The notes beneath the pieces are model-generated. The model worked only from the letters and a program-made list of their open reading frames with translations, did not search any database and was not told the DNA's origin. Below, one piece after another: positions 27,391 to 29,750 of a stretch of 29,750 nt of DNA. A program made the translations under genes and the position numbers. Source of the DNA: a virus (lineage: Duplodnaviria > Caudoviricetes); IMG/VR virus record IMGVR_UViG_3300035562_000063, positions 1 to 29,750 of that record; one strand, written 5' to 3'. The first letter of the stretch is position 1. Every line of letters begins with the position of its first letter.

Positions 27391-27458
27391 ATCTCCTATC
27401 GAGATTTAATTTACAATCTTGAATTAAGATGGTCAATGATTTTTTCTCAAAAAGAGAT
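27391..27458. promoter_or_regulatory. Lytic promoter pR with three candidate CI operators
   Basis: Minus strand TTGACC (27436-27431)-17 nt-TAAATT (27413-27408); inverted repeats ATCTC-N5-GAGAT (27391), ATCTT-N5-AAGAT (27416), TTCTC-N5-GAGAT (27444). Confidence 0.7.
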
Positions 27459-27462
27459 ATAG

Positions 27463-28032
27463 ATGATTAATCAGGATACAAAAGCTGTAATCAACAGAAT
27501 GCTCCTTGCCTACGGACTCAAGACAAAGCTGGCGCTTTGTGAAGCACTTGATATCACCGCTAGCGCTTTGGCTAACCGGCAGTTGCGGAATGCGTTTCCT
27601 GCGGAATACGTTCTCAAATGTGCCTTAGATACCGGGGCATCGCTGCGGTGGCTAACTTACGGGCAAGGTGAGATGTTCGAGCGTAACGTTATTACGGCTC
27701 CATCAGCTCTAGCTGTTCCAAGTAGAACCTTGTTGGACAGAAAACTTATTGAAGGTAACACGTTACTGTTAGATAAAGGTTTCCTGCCTGAAGGAATACA
27801 AAAACCGCTTGTTGTCTTCGATAAAAAAATCCAGTACATAACAACCCAATCCTATGATGATATTTATGATGGAACTTGGGTTATCAATATAGATGGGAAT
27901 ATCAGTGTAAGAGAGATAGTCCGTACTCCAGGCCAACGAATTGAAGTATCAGATGAAAAACACTCATTTAGTTGTGATATTTCTGACATAATAATAGTGG
28001 CCAAAGTATTAATAACTTGTAAGTCCGCATAG
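27463..28032 (+). CDS. cI: CI immunity repressor (186-type)
   Basis: INRMLLAYG...LANRQLRNAFPAEYVLKCALDTGASLRWLTYGQG; C-terminal DGTWVINIDG; divergent from apl. Confidence 0.93.
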   Translation: MINQDTKAVINRMLLAYGLKTKLALCEALDITASALANRQLRNAFPAEYVLKCALDTGASLRWLTYGQGEMFERNVITAPSALAVPSRTLLDRKLIEGNTLLLDKGFLPEGIQKPLVVFDKKIQYITTQSYDDIYDGTWVINIDGNISVREIVRTPGQRIEVSDEKHSFSCDISDIIIVAKVLITCKSA

Positions 28033-28042
28033 GAGTTAGTCT

Positions 28043-29350
28043 GTGGAAAATCCAACAATATTGTTTCCGCTACAGTCGTTGACCGTAGAATTATTAGTAT
28101 GCATAAATACCAATGGTTCATTCTGCAATACAGAGGAGTCTTTCAACTCACTATTAAAATCCAACTCAGAAATAAGAATAGACGCTAACAAAATAGAATT
28201 TAAAAACACCAATTTTTACTATAAACTATCATCAGGAGATATAAACGAAACTCAGGGAGGAAGCAAGTATTTTAATGTAAAATTAAAGTCAGAAAGGATA
28301 GATAGTGTAAACACCGAGGTGTTTACTGATTTAGTAAGGCAGATTAGAGTGCTAATATCAAAGGTAACAACTTTACCAGCGCAAACTGTTTGGGATGATC
28401 TCAGCCATTACTATTCCGTCCAAGCGTACCCTTTAATTCACGAAATAGAAAATATTCTCAGAAAATTAATAACCAAATTCATGCTAATAAATGTTGGTGC
28501 AAGCTGGCCAAAAAGCTCGCTTCCAGATGCATTAAAATCATCCCATAGAGATGGGGCTAAAACAACCTCAGTCAAAGAAAAAACCAACAACCCCAATATT
28601 CTTTACGATAGTGATTTCATCAAATTAGCAGATTTCCTCTTTGAGGAATATCGAGACTTTGATGTAAATGAGCTAATTAAAAAGTTAAGTAAAATCGACT
28701 CCAATAAAGGTGCAAGCAAAAGCGAATTAGAAACATTATTAAAATTCATACCAAAATCAAATTGGGATAGGTATTTCGTTAGCCATATTAAATGCAAAGA
28801 TGAATTTCTCAAAAAAAAATGGCTCCGTCTATACGATCTTCGCTGTCAAATAGCACATAACAATACTTTCACAAAGGAAGACCTTGCTGAAACCAAAAGG
28901 ATAATTTCTGAAGTAAAACCTCACCTAGAAGAGGCAAACGAAAAGCTAGAAGAAATTCTAGTACCTACTGATGAAAAAGAAAATATAGTTGATTCAATAG
29001 AGTTAAACGAAATAAACAGCTTCATATCTGGGGCTGACTCTGACATTCAAAAATTCATAAGGAACATGGAGGTGGTTACCTACCTAATATTCAGAATAGC
29101 TAGGCTAACACCATCATTCGAACGGGCCGATAACTACTATGACTCATTAAAGAAACTTGAAGTCGAAGGTATTCTTGATAATAAAACCAGCTCATTCTGC
29201 CACTATGTAATGACTGTACGAAATGATAATGACACATTAAACAAACTGGACAATTTCGAAATTGATTATATCAACAAAGAATTTGATCGCTGTAAAACCG
29301 AACTACTAAAAATAAGAAACTCTTTAGCTCACTCTACAGATAGTGAATGA
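28043..29350 (+). CDS. HEPN-domain protein (putative RNase, defence cargo)
   Basis: GTG with AGGAG RBS; AYPLIHEIENILRKLI helix and RCQIAH (RX4H, 28841-28858); AT-rich. Confidence 0.75.
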   Translation: MENPTILFPLQSLTVELLVCINTNGSFCNTEESFNSLLKSNSEIRIDANKIEFKNTNFYYKLSSGDINETQGGSKYFNVKLKSERIDSVNTEVFTDLVRQIRVLISKVTTLPAQTVWDDLSHYYSVQAYPLIHEIENILRKLITKFMLINVGASWPKSSLPDALKSSHRDGAKTTSVKEKTNNPNILYDSDFIKLADFLFEEYRDFDVNELIKKLSKIDSNKGASKSELETLLKFIPKSNWDRYFVSHIKCKDEFLKKKWLRLYDLRCQIAHNNTFTKEDLAETKRIISEVKPHLEEANEKLEEILVPTDEKENIVDSIELNEINSFISGADSDIQKFIRNMEVVTYLIFRIARLTPSFERADNYYDSLKKLEVEGILDNKTSSFCHYVMTVRNDNDTLNKLDNFEIDYINKEFDRCKTELLKIRNSLAHSTDSE

Positions 29351-29395
29351 ATATATTGTTTTAATTTCCTCCAATGCACATTTAAAAGGACTACA

Positions 29396-29750
29396 ATGGC
29401 AGTTCGGAAACAATCATCCGGTAAGTGGTTATGTGAGTGCTACCCTGCTGGCCGAGAAGGCCGCAGGGTACGTAAGCAGTTCGCAACCAAAGGTGAAGCC
29501 TTGGCGTTTGAACGCTTCACTATGGAGCAGGTAGACAATAAGCCGTGGTTAGGCGAGGCGGTTGATCGCCGTAAACTGAGTGAGATCGCCAAACTTTGGT
29601 ACAACCTGCACGGCCAATCCCTTACCGCTGGTGAACGCACCTACAAAAAACTATGCCTTGTGATTGAAGCCCTGGGCGATCCCCCTGCTACCACCTTCAC
29701 CGCAAAGGACTTTGCACATTACCGTGATAAACGTCTATCCGGTGAAATCT
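29396..29750 (+). CDS. int: Tyrosine integrase, 5' part (runs off the window)
   Basis: Own translation: MAVRKQSSGKWLCECYPAGREGRRVRKQFATKGEALAFE...LWYNLHGQSL; AAAGGA RBS. Confidence 0.95.
   Translation, partial: MAVRKQSSGKWLCECYPAGREGRRVRKQFATKGEALAFERFTMEQVDNKPWLGEAVDRRKLSEIAKLWYNLHGQSLTAGERTYKKLCLVIEALGDPPATTFTAKDFAHYRDKRLSGEI

Larger units (their letters stand above)
1..29750. mobile_element. P2/186-like prophage (internal part; both att ends outside the window)
   Basis: P2-type gene order FI-G-H-I-J-W-V-S-R-lysis-X-L-M-N-O / P-Q-cos-A-early genes-cII-apl / cI-int; P2-type 19-nt cos. Confidence 0.98.

Noticed and set aside
28811-28819. A9 run in the HEPN gene as a phase-variation tract
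   Set aside because: In frame (KKK) and expected by chance in AT-rich DNA
29343-29640. ORFs 29343..29534 (+) and 29440..29640 (-)
   Set aside because: They overlap the integrase reading frame that starts at 29396
1-29750. CRISPR array, tRNA, IS elements, att sites
   Set aside because: No repeat-spacer array, tRNA fold or transposase seen; the prophage ends lie outside the window

Overview
The whole window is the internal part of a P2/186-like (Peduovirinae-type) prophage of an enterobacterial host. Left to right it holds tail tube (partial) and sheath, tail fibre G/H, baseplate I/J/W/V, tail completion S/R, lysis genes, X, head genes L/M/N/O, terminase P and portal Q. These are followed by the cos site (19666-19684), a LexA-controlled Tum-like antirepressor, replication gene A, the early operon (cII, apl), the cI switch and the 5' part of the integrase. 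AT-rich cargo sits at four points: (1) a membrane-protein moron between V and S; (2) a C5 methyltransferase / wHTH-HNH nuclease / DUF4365-like nuclease-fusion operon between Q and cos, followed by a candidate structured RNA element; (3) an AAA ATPase + RloB (AbiL-like) pair on the other side of cos; (4) a HEPN (RX4H) protein between cI and int in the lysogenic operon. Gene S appears frameshifted, so the element may be a defective but defence-rich prophage. A GATC-rich candidate promoter/sRNA lies between G and FI. All family calls come from motif recognition and synteny, not database searches.
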